A stretch of 64,000 nt of DNA from Candidatus Bathyarchaeia archaeon. Lineage in GTDB: Archaea; Thermoproteota; Bathyarchaeia; Bathyarchaeales; Bathycorpusculaceae. The stretch spans positions 32,001 to 96,000 of the forward strand of contig JAVZNE010000002.1 in NCBI GenBank assembly GCA_038882975.1, read 5' to 3'. The notes under the pieces are model-generated. The model had not been told where the DNA came from and searched no databases. It saw only the letters and a program-made list of their open reading frames with translations. Shown in pieces: positions 55,850 to 64,000 of the stretch. A program made the position numbers and the translations under genes. Within the stretch, counting starts at the first letter, position 1. Each line of letters starts with the position of its first letter.

Positions 55850-56166
55850 ATGGGCGACAATATTAAGAAGGCCTTTTTCAGTAAATATGAGGAAAATTTT
55901 GAAAAAAGTAACCCAAAACCAAAAGACGTCATTGTAATGTTTAAATGGCTTGAAAATGAAAGTAAAAACGCCAAATTTTTGAGGACATTGAAAATTTAGA
56001 TGAGCTAAGACGAAATGTTGAAGCCCATTTTTCTCAATTTACAAACCTAAGAAGAAAAGTAGAAGAAGAATCTCTTAAAGTCAATAAAGTACTCAAGAAA
56101 AGGCTGGAAGAACTCAGAAAAACGCGCGAAGCAAAGGAGGAAGAAAAAGAAACGCCGCCCAAATAA
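55850..56166 (+). pseudogene. Frameshifted coiled-coil ORF (~105 codons)
   Basis: ATG 55850 frame (MGDNIKKAFF...KNAKF) stops near 56000; the -1 frame continues FEDIENLDELRR...EEEKETPPK* to 56166. Confidence 0.45.
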
Positions 56167-56217
56167 TCACGCGAGTTTGAAGGTTTTAAACTTTAGCTTA
56201 ATAGTTATTAAGAAGAA

Positions 56218-57132
56218 TCATTTCTCTTCGGGCATTCGAAGGTATTTTATGACTATTGGGCGCGAAAATCCCGTTATTTCTGCAATTTCGTCGATTGTCA
56301 GCCCTTGTTGTCTGAGTGCTCGCATTGTTTGTATGTCTTTGGGTGTTGGGCTTATGCCTTTTATGTGTGGTGTTATTGGAGTTTTCATTTTTAAGTATTC
56401 CATTAGTCTTTCTGGTTCAACTAGGCTTAGGACTGTTGGTGGCGTTGGTATTGTTGTGTTTGGTATGTAGAATTTTCCGTGTTGGAGTATTAAGTCCACT
56501 TGGGGGGCTTTTTCTCCTCTAATGTATGGTCTAATTTGCCTTAAGATTTCTATTAGTTTGTCTCCTGCAAGTTCTATTCTCCAGTTTCCCCTGTATAGGC
56601 GGGGTGTTACGCCCAAAATTTTTGCGAAGTGTTCAATGTCTTCAAGGTCTGTTTTTGCCACCCTAAATCTTGGATAGTAGCCCCAATATTCCCTACCATA
56701 TATGTCATGCACAACTGTGGGGCTTCTCTGGTATCTTAGGTATCCCTCATCCATTAATAATTGGGCTAGCTGGGCGGCTTCTATTGGGTTTAGCTTTGGG
56801 ATTACTTCGGGTGGGCGTGCACGAGGACGCACAATAACTTGATTGAGATTTGATGTTTGGTTTTCTATTAGGGGTTGGGGGTCTCTTCCATAAGGCATTG
56901 GGAAGTATCGTGCTTCATATCCTAACGCTTTAAGCCTTTCCACATGGATTCTAGCATATTCCATTTTAGAGAAAGGTCTAGGCTCTAGGCGTCTCCCCGT
57001 TGCTGGGTGAACGGCAACAACTTTCCACCATAATGCTTCACGTTGGGGGTTGTGGAGTGAAACTCCGCAAATAACACATTTCTCCCACTCTTCAGCATTA
57101 AGTGAACCGCAAGCAGGACAGCGTTTGCTCAT
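56218..57132 (-). CDS. Zn-ribbon + LAGLIDADG-like + C-terminal HTH fusion protein
   Basis: CPACG...CVICG; AQLAQLLMDEGYL...YPRFRVAKTD...WRIEL.G...IRPYIRGEKAPQ; LRQQGLTIDEIAEITGFSRPIVIKYL. Confidence 0.72.
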   Translation of the reverse strand: MSKRCPACGSLNAEEWEKCVICGVSLHNPQREALWWKVVAVHPATGRRLEPRPFSKMEYARIHVERLKALGYEARYFPMPYGRDPQPLIENQTSNLNQVIVRPRARPPEVIPKLNPIEAAQLAQLLMDEGYLRYQRSPTVVHDIYGREYWGYYPRFRVAKTDLEDIEHFAKILGVTPRLYRGNWRIELAGDKLIEILRQIRPYIRGEKAPQVDLILQHGKFYIPNTTIPTPPTVLSLVEPERLMEYLKMKTPITPHIKGISPTPKDIQTMRALRQQGLTIDEIAEITGFSRPIVIKYLRMPEEK

Positions 57133-57686
57133 TCCGTTACCCTCTCAAGTGAAGATATAGGTTCAGTCCTTAGAATTATGGAGAGAATTCCATCAACAAG
57201 GTTGTTCAAAAACCTTACAATATTGTCCGCCTTACCTACAAACTTTCGGAAAACCTCATAGGCTTCTCCCGTTTCTGTCCCTTGAGGAAACATCTTCGCC
57301 AACTCTACCCAATAGAGATTTTCGTCTTCCCCGACACTAATGACATCAAAACCGTTTTTCAAGGCTAAATTCCTTAAAAGCCTAAAATAATTGTCAATTA
57401 AGACGTTGTTTCTCCAATGTCTGGTTTTATGAGCTATTTCCAGTGACGAATAGCAATTCCGTAGCTTCAATAATCCTATGCTTGTGTCAATATCCAATTC
57501 CAAGTTTTCTGGAATGCCCCCTAGCTTTAACCCCTCTATTTCCTCAATGTCTAATCCATAAATTTTACCAGTAACATCCTCACATTCGCAAACATACTCT
57601 TTTCCATCAATCGCAACCTTTACTGGAACCTTAAATAGCGCACCGTTAAATTGAACTTCCTCAACCTCTAAAACTTCAATTTTCAC
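57129..57686 (-). CDS. Hypothetical protein (insert)
   Basis: 185 aa ORF whose stop overlaps the next ATG. Confidence 0.7.
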   Translation of the reverse strand: MKIEVLEVEEVQFNGALFKVPVKVAIDGKEYVCECEDVTGKIYGLDIEEIEGLKLGGIPENLELDIDTSIGLLKLRNCYSSLEIAHKTRHWRNNVLIDNYFRLLRNLALKNGFDVISVGEDENLYWVELAKMFPQGTETGEAYEVFRKFVGKADNIVRFLNNLVDGILSIILRTEPISSLERVTE

Positions 57687-57689
57687 TAA

Positions 57690-57911
57690 TCAGACCTCCT
57701 CGACAGTCAGTTTCACTATGTAACGGAAGTTAAGGAAAACTTTGGAATTTCCTACAAGGTATAGTATAACTGGAGAGCCATACCTAAATCCACGTAAAAC
57801 TCCATTAATAACTTCACCATTTGAAAGAGTCGCCGAACATCTACAGCCAACAGCCTCAGCCAACATCCTACCAATCTTATCTAACTTTCTATTCTTAATC
57901 ACTCTGGACAT
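57690..57911 (-). CDS. Sm/Lsm(Hfq)-like fold small protein
   Basis: LAEAVGCRCSATLSNGEVINGVLRGF resembles the Sm1 pattern; FLNFRYIVKL resembles Sm2. Confidence 0.55.
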   Translation of the reverse strand: MSRVIKNRKLDKIGRMLAEAVGCRCSATLSNGEVINGVLRGFRYGSPVILYLVGNSKVFLNFRYIVKLTVEEV

Positions 57912-58035
57912 TCTTAAGCAACTCCCTAAAAACCTCATCAACACTCTTAGCCTTCCACTTTTCCTTTAACTCGTTCAACTTAGCCCAAACCTCAAATGAA
58001 ACCCTAACACTTTTTCTATTCCTCAATTCAGACAC
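57895..58035 (-). CDS. Ribbon-helix-helix DNA-binding protein (46 aa, CopG/VapB-like), below the ORF-track cutoff
   Basis: GTG start; MSELRNRKSVRVSFEVWAKLNELKEKWKAKSVDEVFRELLKNVQSD fills the operon gap exactly. Confidence 0.72.
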   Translation of the reverse strand: MSELRNRKSVRVSFEVWAKLNELKEKWKAKSVDEVFRELLKNVQSD

Positions 58036-58038
58036 CCC

Positions 58039-58359
58039 TCAAAGGTAAATTTCATCGCCCATCCCCTTCAACTGCCTAAGAATACGCAACCAATCCTGCA
58101 TCTGAATGAAAAGGTCAAAATCGTTTCGAATACGCTCTTCAATCTTCTTCAGCATGAACTGCAGTAAGCAGGGCTTACAACGCTGAATGATGCCCTCCAA
58201 AGTCGCAACAGCCACTTCATTTTCAAGAATGTTCGGCGATTCCCAGTCTACGGCTAACAGATAACGCATAAATGGGTCAACCGCTTCCCAGCCCCTTTTC
58301 TCTTCGGCGTTTCGAATAGGTGGCGACTTCTTAACCCGAATGTCTGGAGGCTCATTCAT
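58039..58359 (-). CDS. Hypothetical protein (insert)
   Basis: 106 aa ORF abutting its neighbours in a tight operon. Confidence 0.65.
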   Translation of the reverse strand: MNEPPDIRVKKSPPIRNAEEKRGWEAVDPFMRYLLAVDWESPNILENEVAVATLEGIIQRCKPCLLQFMLKKIEERIRNDFDLFIQMQDWLRILRQLKGMGDEIYL

Positions 58360-58833
58360 CTAAGTTACGCCCCTCACAAATTCAACAATCCCCAATGCTT
58401 CAAGAACAGACCCCAAGTAATAGTAAATGAACAAAAACAAAATGCGAACTCTATAAGCATAAAGCCACATTTTATATTGCTTTTCATCAAGAAATTGGAG
58501 CAACAATGCTTGAATCTCGTCGCTCTTGACCGTTTGCCACCTGTGACCTTTGTAAATTGAAACCTCCTTCCGTCCGACTCCGAGCTTGTCTAAATAATCG
58601 CCTTTGCCAGACACCCTATTGGCAAACTTAAGGGTTAACCCAACGGTAGTCTTCGCCCGATTGACAGCGTACGCCTCAATTTCCTCCTCTCTTTTTTGGA
58701 GCAAAATGCTGCTCTTTCTGAGTGCCCTATGTAGTTCTGGCAGTTCTGGAACCCCCGCTATTATGTCAGTTGCTAGCGCTTCCGCAACCTGAGCCGGCAT
58801 GTCATCGATTTTTAATTTTCTTGTTGGTGGCAA
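58360..58833 (-). CDS. Hypothetical protein (insert)
   Basis: 157 aa ORF, first gene of the minus-strand operon; hydrophobic C-terminal helix. Confidence 0.65.
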   Translation of the reverse strand: MPPTRKLKIDDMPAQVAEALATDIIAGVPELPELHRALRKSSILLQKREEEIEAYAVNRAKTTVGLTLKFANRVSGKGDYLDKLGVGRKEVSIYKGHRWQTVKSDEIQALLLQFLDEKQYKMWLYAYRVRILFLFIYYYLGSVLEALGIVEFVRGVT

Positions 58834-58911
58834 TTTGCAACACCAGTTCTAATGTTAAACACAATAATATTTTTATGCAAAAGAGATATAAAACTTTCGG
58901 AGAAGACCATC

Positions 58912-59322
58912 ATGTTGCAAGGAGAATCAAGGCTTGTTATTTACAAAACAAAGTATAGAAACAAAACATACGATAAGTGCCTCATTAATATTCCAGCTAG
59001 CATTTTCAAAGATGAAAGATTTCCCTTCAAAAGTGAAGAAGAACTTAAAATCACAATTTACCCCGATGAAAAGGTTATAATTCTCTTTTCCTCAGACATT
59101 TGGAAGGAGCTAGTTAATCTTTCTCAAGAATTAGCTAAAGCCTATAGTAAAGGAATCGAAATAATAGACTCTGACAAGTCGCTTTCAACCCTACAAAAAG
59201 ACGTTGCTAAACTAGTTTATGACAGAATATTTAAACAAGAATTACAAAAATTCCTATCCACCACAATAAAAGAAGCTATTGAACATGCCAAACGTGGAAC
59301 AAAAGCCCTCAACACAAACTAA
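58912..59322 (+). CDS. AbrB/SpoVT-like (swapped-hairpin) regulator
   Basis: LINIPASIFKDERFPFKSEEELKITI pattern; divergent from the insert operon. Confidence 0.55.
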   Translation: MLQGESRLVIYKTKYRNKTYDKCLINIPASIFKDERFPFKSEEELKITIYPDEKVIILFSSDIWKELVNLSQELAKAYSKGIEIIDSDKSLSTLQKDVAKLVYDRIFKQELQKFLSTTIKEAIEHAKRGTKALNTN

Positions 59323-59342
59323 CCTTTACCAAACAAAAATTT

Positions 59343-59439
59343 TCCGAACCAAAAACACAACATCTGAACCATAAAATTAAAGACTCTGAACCGAACAACC
59401 AAAAAATCTGAACCAAACCCAAAAACCAAAAACTGAACC
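59343..59439 (+). repeat. Five copies of (T/A)C(T/C)GAACC spaced 20-25 bp in an A/C-rich tract (iteron-like)
   Basis: Copies start at 59343, 59363, 59385, 59407 and 59432. Confidence 0.7.
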
Positions 59440-59554
59440 AAAACAAGACCCCCAACACCCACCCCTCCCCTGCCACCCCTAACCAAATCCAACTCACAAC
59501 CCAAAACAAATATATTGGGCTTGGTGAATTACTGAAGGAAAACAACGGAGAAAA

Positions 59555-60028
59555 ATGGAATTGCCGACTCCAAACGATGTGCCAGCATCAGAATTCATCC
59601 AAAAACTAGCCCACTATTTAAAGGAAAATGTGGACGAGGTGACGCCCCCAGCATGGGCAAGCATAGTAAAAACCGGTGCTCACACACAGAGAACGCCTGA
59701 CAATTCGGACTGGTGGTATGTACGATGCGCCTCACTGTTGAGGAAAATATACATTCATGGACCAATAGGAATCGAGAGACTACGCGCAGAATACGGTGGC
59801 AGAAAAGATTTTGGTGTTAGGCCAGAACACGCCGTTAAGGCAGGCGGGGCAATAATAAGAAAGGCTTTGCAACAGCTTGAAAACGCCGGACTTGTCGAAA
59901 AGTTTCAGAACAAAGGAAGGCGAATAACAAAAGAAGGGAGAAAACTCCTAGAGGAAATAGCTGAAGAGATAATGAAAGACCTGCTCAAGAAAATGCCTCA
60001 ACTGGAGAAATACCAAAAGAGTGATTAA
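59555..60028 (+). CDS. rps19e: 30S ribosomal protein S19e
   Basis: [39 protein letters not shown]. Confidence 0.97.
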   Translation: MELPTPNDVPASEFIQKLAHYLKENVDEVTPPAWASIVKTGAHTQRTPDNSDWWYVRCASLLRKIYIHGPIGIERLRAEYGGRKDFGVRPEHAVKAGGAIIRKALQQLENAGLVEKFQNKGRRITKEGRKLLEEIAEEIMKDLLKKMPQLEKYQKSD

Positions 60029-60360
60029 TGATGTCGGAGGAAGAGCTTGAAGAACTTCGCCAGAAAAAGCTTTTGGCACTGCAGCGAAGGATAGCCGAAG
60101 AACAGCGGAGAGCCCAAATGGAACAGCAACTCGAAATGCAAAAACAAGCCATATTAAAAAGCATACTAACACCAGAAGCGAGGCAAAGGTTGGCGAATCT
60201 AAAACTTGTTAAGCCAGAGTTTACGGCGCAGCTGGAGCTCCAGCTAATCCAGTTAGCTCAAATGGGAAAGCTGCCAGTACCTCTGACCGACGAGCAACTT
60301 AAAAAAATACTAATCCAGCTTCAGGGTCAAAGGCGTGAAATAAAGATAAGAAGGATTTAA
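60028..60360 (+). CDS. PDCD5-family dsDNA-binding protein
   Basis: [31 protein letters not shown]. Confidence 0.93.
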   Translation: MMSEEELEELRQKKLLALQRRIAEEQRRAQMEQQLEMQKQAILKSILTPEARQRLANLKLVKPEFTAQLELQLIQLAQMGKLPVPLTDEQLKKILIQLQGQRREIKIRRI

Positions 60361-60361
60361 T

Positions 60362-60517
60362 ATGGCTAGATTCAAGCCTCCAGCCAAAAAGAGGAGACTG
60401 GCAAAAGCTGGAAAACAGAAAAGGGCTGTTCCAACATGGGTTATAGCAAAAACTGCCGGAAAATTTAGAACTCATCCAAAAAGGAGACATTGGAGAACCC
60501 GCAAAATAAAGGCTTAA
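60362..60517 (+). CDS. rpl39e: 50S ribosomal protein L39e (not in ORF track)
   Basis: [51 protein letters not shown]. Confidence 0.96.
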   Translation: MARFKPPAKKRRLAKAGKQKRAVPTWVIAKTAGKFRTHPKRRHWRTRKIKA

Positions 60518-60530
60518 GAGGTGAAAAGGC

Positions 60531-61061
60531 ATGAGGGCAGAAGAAGCCAAAGAAAAGACAAGTGAAGATGTTGAGGAGGAAGCTGGCAGAGGAGAAACCG
60601 AGCAAAAAGAAGAGGAAACCACCGAAGAGGCGAGAGGAGAGGAAGCTGCAGAGGAATCTTTAGAGGAAGAATTAGTAGAGGAGACTGAAGCTGAAAAACC
60701 GCTAGAAGAGGAGGAAGCCAAAGAAGAGGTTAAGCCTCCAAGAGAGGAGATTGAAGAAGAAATTGTTGAAGAAAGATTTTATACTATACCGCTTGGTAAG
60801 GCTTGGCTTGTACCTCCGAACAAGAGGGCGCCAAAAGCCATTAGGATAATACGGGATTTTATTAAAAGGCATATGAAGCTGGAGGCAAAAAGAGAGGGCG
60901 AGGAAGAAGAGGAAGCCGAGCCTAAGAAGCTCATAATAAGTAATGAGGTAAATGAGAGGGTTTGGAGCAGGGGTATAGAGAAGCCTCCGCGGAAAATACG
61001 TGTGAGAGCCGCTAGAGATAGGGATGGAAACGTTACTGTTTATCTGGCTGAAGGAGACTAA
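60531..61061 (+). CDS. rpl31e: 50S ribosomal protein L31e with long acidic N-terminal extension
   Basis: ERFYTIPL, KRAPKAI, VNERVWSRGIEKPPRKIRV. Confidence 0.95.
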   Translation: MRAEEAKEKTSEDVEEEAGRGETEQKEEETTEEARGEEAAEESLEEELVEETEAEKPLEEEEAKEEVKPPREEIEEEIVEERFYTIPLGKAWLVPPNKRAPKAIRIIRDFIKRHMKLEAKREGEEEEEAEPKKLIISNEVNERVWSRGIEKPPRKIRVRAARDRDGNVTVYLAEGD

Positions 61062-61063
61062 GC

Positions 61064-61759
61064 TTGGCAATTTACCTAGCAAGCCTCTTTGGAAGCTCAA
61101 GCATAGGAGTATATTCGCTAGCCACCGAGAAGATACTTATAATCCCAAAGTTTGTCCCCCTCAAAAAAGCTGAAAGAATTGGAAATTGGCTTAAAGTCAA
61201 ACTTGTACACACAACTATAGGAGGCTCAATACTGGTCGGCGCTTTGGCGTGCGCCAACTCAAATGGAATTCTTCTGCCCCACTTTGTAAGAGACTATGAA
61301 ATTGATGCAATAAAAGCCGCATTCGACGGAAACATAACAGTCATGGAAACAAAGAAGACAGCTTACGGAAACATGGTTCTGGCAAACGATTACGGTGCAA
61401 TTGTAGACCCAAGGTTGAAGACGTCTGAAATTAGGAAAATCTCCGACACCCTCGGTGTTGAGGCTGTCCCCGGGGAAATAGCTCAACTCCCATATGTAGG
61501 CTCATTGGCGGTTGCAACTAATAAAGGTGTGTTAGCGCATCCACTGCTGAAGGAAGAGGAGCGTAAGCTTTTGGAAGATGTTCTAAAAGTACCGGTGGAC
61601 GTTGGCACGGTTAACTGCGGCATACCATACGTGGGAACAGGACTAATAAGTAACAGCCACGCTGCCGTTGCTGGTTCGCTTACAACCGGCCCAGAAATGT
61701 TTATAATTGGACATGCCTTGGGTGTAGTAAAGGAAGATGAGCAAAGTGAAAGTTTTTAG
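61064..61759 (+). CDS. eif6: Translation initiation factor 6 (aIF-6)
   Basis: IGVY, ANSNG, GNMVLANDYGA, GTVNCG, TTGPE. Confidence 0.96.
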   Translation: MAIYLASLFGSSSIGVYSLATEKILIIPKFVPLKKAERIGNWLKVKLVHTTIGGSILVGALACANSNGILLPHFVRDYEIDAIKAAFDGNITVMETKKTAYGNMVLANDYGAIVDPRLKTSEIRKISDTLGVEAVPGEIAQLPYVGSLAVATNKGVLAHPLLKEEERKLLEDVLKVPVDVGTVNCGIPYVGTGLISNSHAAVAGSLTTGPEMFIIGHALGVVKEDEQSESF

Positions 61760-61976
61760 AGTTACGGGCGAAATTAGAAAACCAAATCTGAAAACCCATT
61801 TCAGAAAAGAGGTCATAGCGGTTAAGCCCGAACACGCCATAGAAAAAGTCTATACTGAATTGGGCAGCAAACACCGCGTTAAACGCTTCCACATAAAAAT
61901 AACCAGCGTGGACGAAATCTCGCTACAAGAAATTGAAGACCCATTGATAAGGAAGATGGTAGTAGGGGAAATATAA
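61737..61976 (+). CDS. rpl18a: 50S ribosomal protein L18Ae/LX
   Basis: FRKEV.A..PEHAIEKVYTELGSKHRVKR. Confidence 0.94.
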   Translation: MSKVKVFRVTGEIRKPNLKTHFRKEVIAVKPEHAIEKVYTELGSKHRVKRFHIKITSVDEISLQEIEDPLIRKMVVGEI

Positions 61977-61977
61977 G

Positions 61978-62412
61978 TTGGCGGCAAAAGCTGAAGAAGA
62001 GCTAAGAAGATTAAGCGTTGAAATGCGCATTTTAGAACAGACAGCGGAAGCCCTGCAATCGCGAATAAACATGATAAATGCGGTAATAACGGACTTGACT
62101 TATGCAAACATGACATTGGAAGGCTTAGAAAAGCAGAAGGAGAACGCGGAGCTTCTGGTCCCGATAGGTGGAAATTCCTACATAAAAGCGAGGCTTGAAA
62201 CTCCTGACAAGGTAACCGTGGGAATTGGAGCTGGCGTCTCAGTTGAGAAAACTTTGCAAGAAGCCAAGGAGATAATTAGGAAAAGGCTTGAGGAGTTGGA
62301 AAAGAGTAGGACGTCCCTCCAGCAGCAGTTTTCACAAGTTGTTGATAGAATAAATGAAGATAGGGAACGATTTGAGGAGTTGGCGTCCCATTTAAGAAAG
62401 GAGTCTTCCTAA
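61978..62412 (+). CDS. pfdA: Prefoldin alpha subunit
   Basis: LLVPIGGNSYIKA, VGIGAGVSVEK, coiled coils. Confidence 0.95.
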   Translation: MAAKAEEELRRLSVEMRILEQTAEALQSRINMINAVITDLTYANMTLEGLEKQKENAELLVPIGGNSYIKARLETPDKVTVGIGAGVSVEKTLQEAKEIIRKRLEELEKSRTSLQQQFSQVVDRINEDRERFEELASHLRKESS

Positions 62413-62416
62413 AGGG

Positions 62417-63322
62417 ATGTTTGAGAGGCTTAAGTCTGGCTTAAGCAGTCTAATAAGCAAGATTACAACAACAGAGCTTAAACCCGAAAACCTCCGACAA
62501 ATACTTTCAGAGTTTAAGCTAAATCTGATAGAGAACGACGTTGCAGTTCCTGTGGCAGAACGCATATGCGAAGAAATAGAAAAACGCTTGAACGGGGTTC
62601 AGGTCAAAAGGCTTGAGGACAAAAAGAAGGTTGTGGAGCAGCACCTCCGTGAAGTACTCTTAGGGGTTATGCGCACAAACAGCAAAATAGATTTGTTTAA
62701 AGCAATTGAGGAGAAAAGAAAGCAAAGGGAGCCTTTTGTCATCGTTTTTGTTGGGATAAACGGCACTGGAAAAACAACGACAATAGCCAAGGTTGCCAAA
62801 CTCCTGAACAATAATGGTTATACTGTTGTACTTGCTTGTAGTGACACCTACCGAGCGGGCTCCATTGAACAATTAGAGACCCATGCTAAGCGTTTAGGCA
62901 TACGAATGATAAAGCACAAGTATGGTGCAGACCCAGCGGCTGTAGCTTATGATGCAATAAGCCATGCAAAGGCTCACGGAATTCACGCTGTCTTGATAGA
63001 TACTGCGGGTCGGATGCAGACAAACCGCAACTTGATGAGTGAACTTGCAAAAATTAAGCGGGTTGTAAACCCTGACCTAACTATCTTAACGGTCGACTCT
63101 TTAACCGGCAATGATGCAGTAATGCAAGCAGAAGAATTTCACAAAAGTGTTGGCATAGACGCAACAATTCTGACGAAGGTGGATGCTGACATTAAAGGCG
63201 GTTCAGCCCTAAGTGTAACATACGTTACACAAAAACCCATCTTGTTTGTTGGAACCGGACAAAGATATGAGGATTTAGAGGAATTTCAGCCTGAAAAATT
63301 TGTTGACATGATACTGAAATAA
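62417..63322 (+). CDS. ftsY: SRP receptor FtsY
   Basis: GINGTGKTTTIAK, DTYRAG, DTAGR, TKVD, GTGQ. Confidence 0.97.
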   Translation: MFERLKSGLSSLISKITTTELKPENLRQILSEFKLNLIENDVAVPVAERICEEIEKRLNGVQVKRLEDKKKVVEQHLREVLLGVMRTNSKIDLFKAIEEKRKQREPFVIVFVGINGTGKTTTIAKVAKLLNNNGYTVVLACSDTYRAGSIEQLETHAKRLGIRMIKHKYGADPAAVAYDAISHAKAHGIHAVLIDTAGRMQTNRNLMSELAKIKRVVNPDLTILTVDSLTGNDAVMQAEEFHKSVGIDATILTKVDADIKGGSALSVTYVTQKPILFVGTGQRYEDLEEFQPEKFVDMILK

Positions 63323-63328
63323 TCGGTT

Positions 63329-63844
63329 CTATTGTTTATGCTCATCTACCGTGAAACGTAGCCGCTTAAAAATTTCTTTAAAGCCCAGCTTCCTAAATAG
63401 TTTTAGGGATGGAATGTTGTTAGAGTAGACGTCGGCCTCCACGCATTCCACACCCTTGCCAATGAACCAATCGAGCATAGCCTTCACAAGTGCTTTACCG
63501 ATGCCACGCCTTCTGTAAGATTTTTCAACAAAACAGTCGCATATATAGCCCCTCTTACCCTTATAAGCCCAAGGCTGGCTAACCCAGCCAAGTGAGTAGC
63601 CAACGATTTTCCCTTCAACTTCGGCGACAAAAACAACAGTGTTCTCACCCTTTATGTTCTTGAGAAGCCAGCTTGGACTTTGAAACTCACTGGGCAGTGG
63701 AGAAATCATAGAGTCCATAGCGCTCTCGTCCCTTCCAAGCTTTTCCGAAAGCTTAACAATCTCCTGTAAATCCTCTTCATTGGCATGTCGAATCTTCACA
63801 TCTACAAGAGAAACGCTTGAGGATTTCGCTTTGTTGGACGACAT
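63329..63844 (-). CDS. GNAT-family N-acetyltransferase
   Basis: FVEKSYRRRGIGKAL acetyl-CoA motif, N..SLKLFRKLGF. Confidence 0.9.
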   Translation of the reverse strand: MSSNKAKSSSVSLVDVKIRHANEEDLQEIVKLSEKLGRDESAMDSMISPLPSEFQSPSWLLKNIKGENTVVFVAEVEGKIVGYSLGWVSQPWAYKGKRGYICDCFVEKSYRRRGIGKALVKAMLDWFIGKGVECVEADVYSNNIPSLKLFRKLGFKEIFKRLRFTVDEHKQ

Positions 63845-63866
63845 AAAATCACTTCCAAAATTTGAG

Positions 63867-64000
63867 CTATTGCAACGCTCCGCTGGAAACATTTAATTTC
63901 TTGAGAATTTCCTTGTGCAATTTCGGATGAGTCAAATCTTCATTAATATCAATGAACTTAATTCTCAATCTTCGATCCGCCTCTGCTGGAAGTTTTGCAA
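63867..64000 (-). CDS. 3' end of a CDS running off the window
   Basis: Open frame ...AKLPAEADRRLRIKFIDINEDLTHPKLHKEILKKLNVSSGALQ*. Confidence 0.4.
   Translation of the reverse strand, partial: AKLPAEADRRLRIKFIDINEDLTHPKLHKEILKKLNVSSGALQ

Larger units (their letters stand above)
55801..59530. mobile_element. ~3.7 kb foreign insertion (plasmid/virus-like remnant) between yhbY and rps19e
   Basis: Interrupts a normally contiguous housekeeping gene order; AT-rich orphan ORFs, RHH/AbrB-like regulators, LAGLIDADG-HTH gene, repeat array; no integrase or clear att repeats seen. Confidence 0.55.

Noticed and set aside
59323-59510. CRISPR array or the minus-strand ORFs 59309-59545 and 59319-59504
   Set aside because: The repeats are only 8 bp with 12-17 bp spacers and there are no cas genes. 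The ORFs are artefacts of G/T-rich low complexity.
59323-59510. Chromosomal oriC with ORB elements
   Set aside because: No TTCCAxTGGAA-type ORB consensus and no adjacent orc1/cdc6.
55814-59520. Similar AAAACAA...ATATT(T)GGG(G)C strings at both ends of the insert as att/TSD repeats
   Set aside because: The match is short and gapped, and both copies sit where TATA-box promoters are expected.
47-62872. Numerous short antisense or overlapping ORFs in the six-frame track (e.g. 10049-10606, 20587-21114, 46544-47182)
   Set aside because: They are shadow frames of well-supported genes, with no motifs or RBS support.

Overview
Archaeal chromosomal segment. The gene order and content suggest Bathyarchaeia, but that assignment is inference. 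Housekeeping genes sit at both ends: rtcB and two intron-containing tRNAs on the left, and rnp4-yhbY then rps19e-PDCD5-rpl39e-rpl31e-eIF6-rpl18a-pfdA-ftsY on the right. Between them (~1.9-55 kb) is a large anaerobic catabolic island encoding six bis-MGD (DMSO-reductase family) Mo/W enzymes, none with a TAT signal. One is a close pyrogallol transhydroxylase (AthL/AthM) homologue, one is an AthLM paralogue with a four-cluster small subunit, three belong to the acetylene-hydratase/catechol-dehydroxylase clade, and one is PsrA-like. The island also carries Moco maturation and uptake genes (modE-like, molABC-like, moeA, two mobB, mobA, torD), an HdrABC/polyferredoxin module and a Liv-type importer. 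A cupin-cyclase-SDR trio resembles the bacterial phloroglucinol reductase / dihydrophloroglucinol cyclohydrolase cluster, and thiolase, crotonase and CoA-transferase genes follow it. The best hypothesis is an archaeal anaerobic polyphenol (pyrogallol to phloroglucinol to acetyl-CoA) degradation system. Separately, a ~3.7 kb integrase-less insert lies between yhbY and rps19e. It carries RHH, Sm-like, AbrB-like and Zn-ribbon-LAGLIDADG-HTH genes next to an iteron-like array and a G4-prone tract. Family calls come from motif reading and recalled reference sequences; no searches were run.
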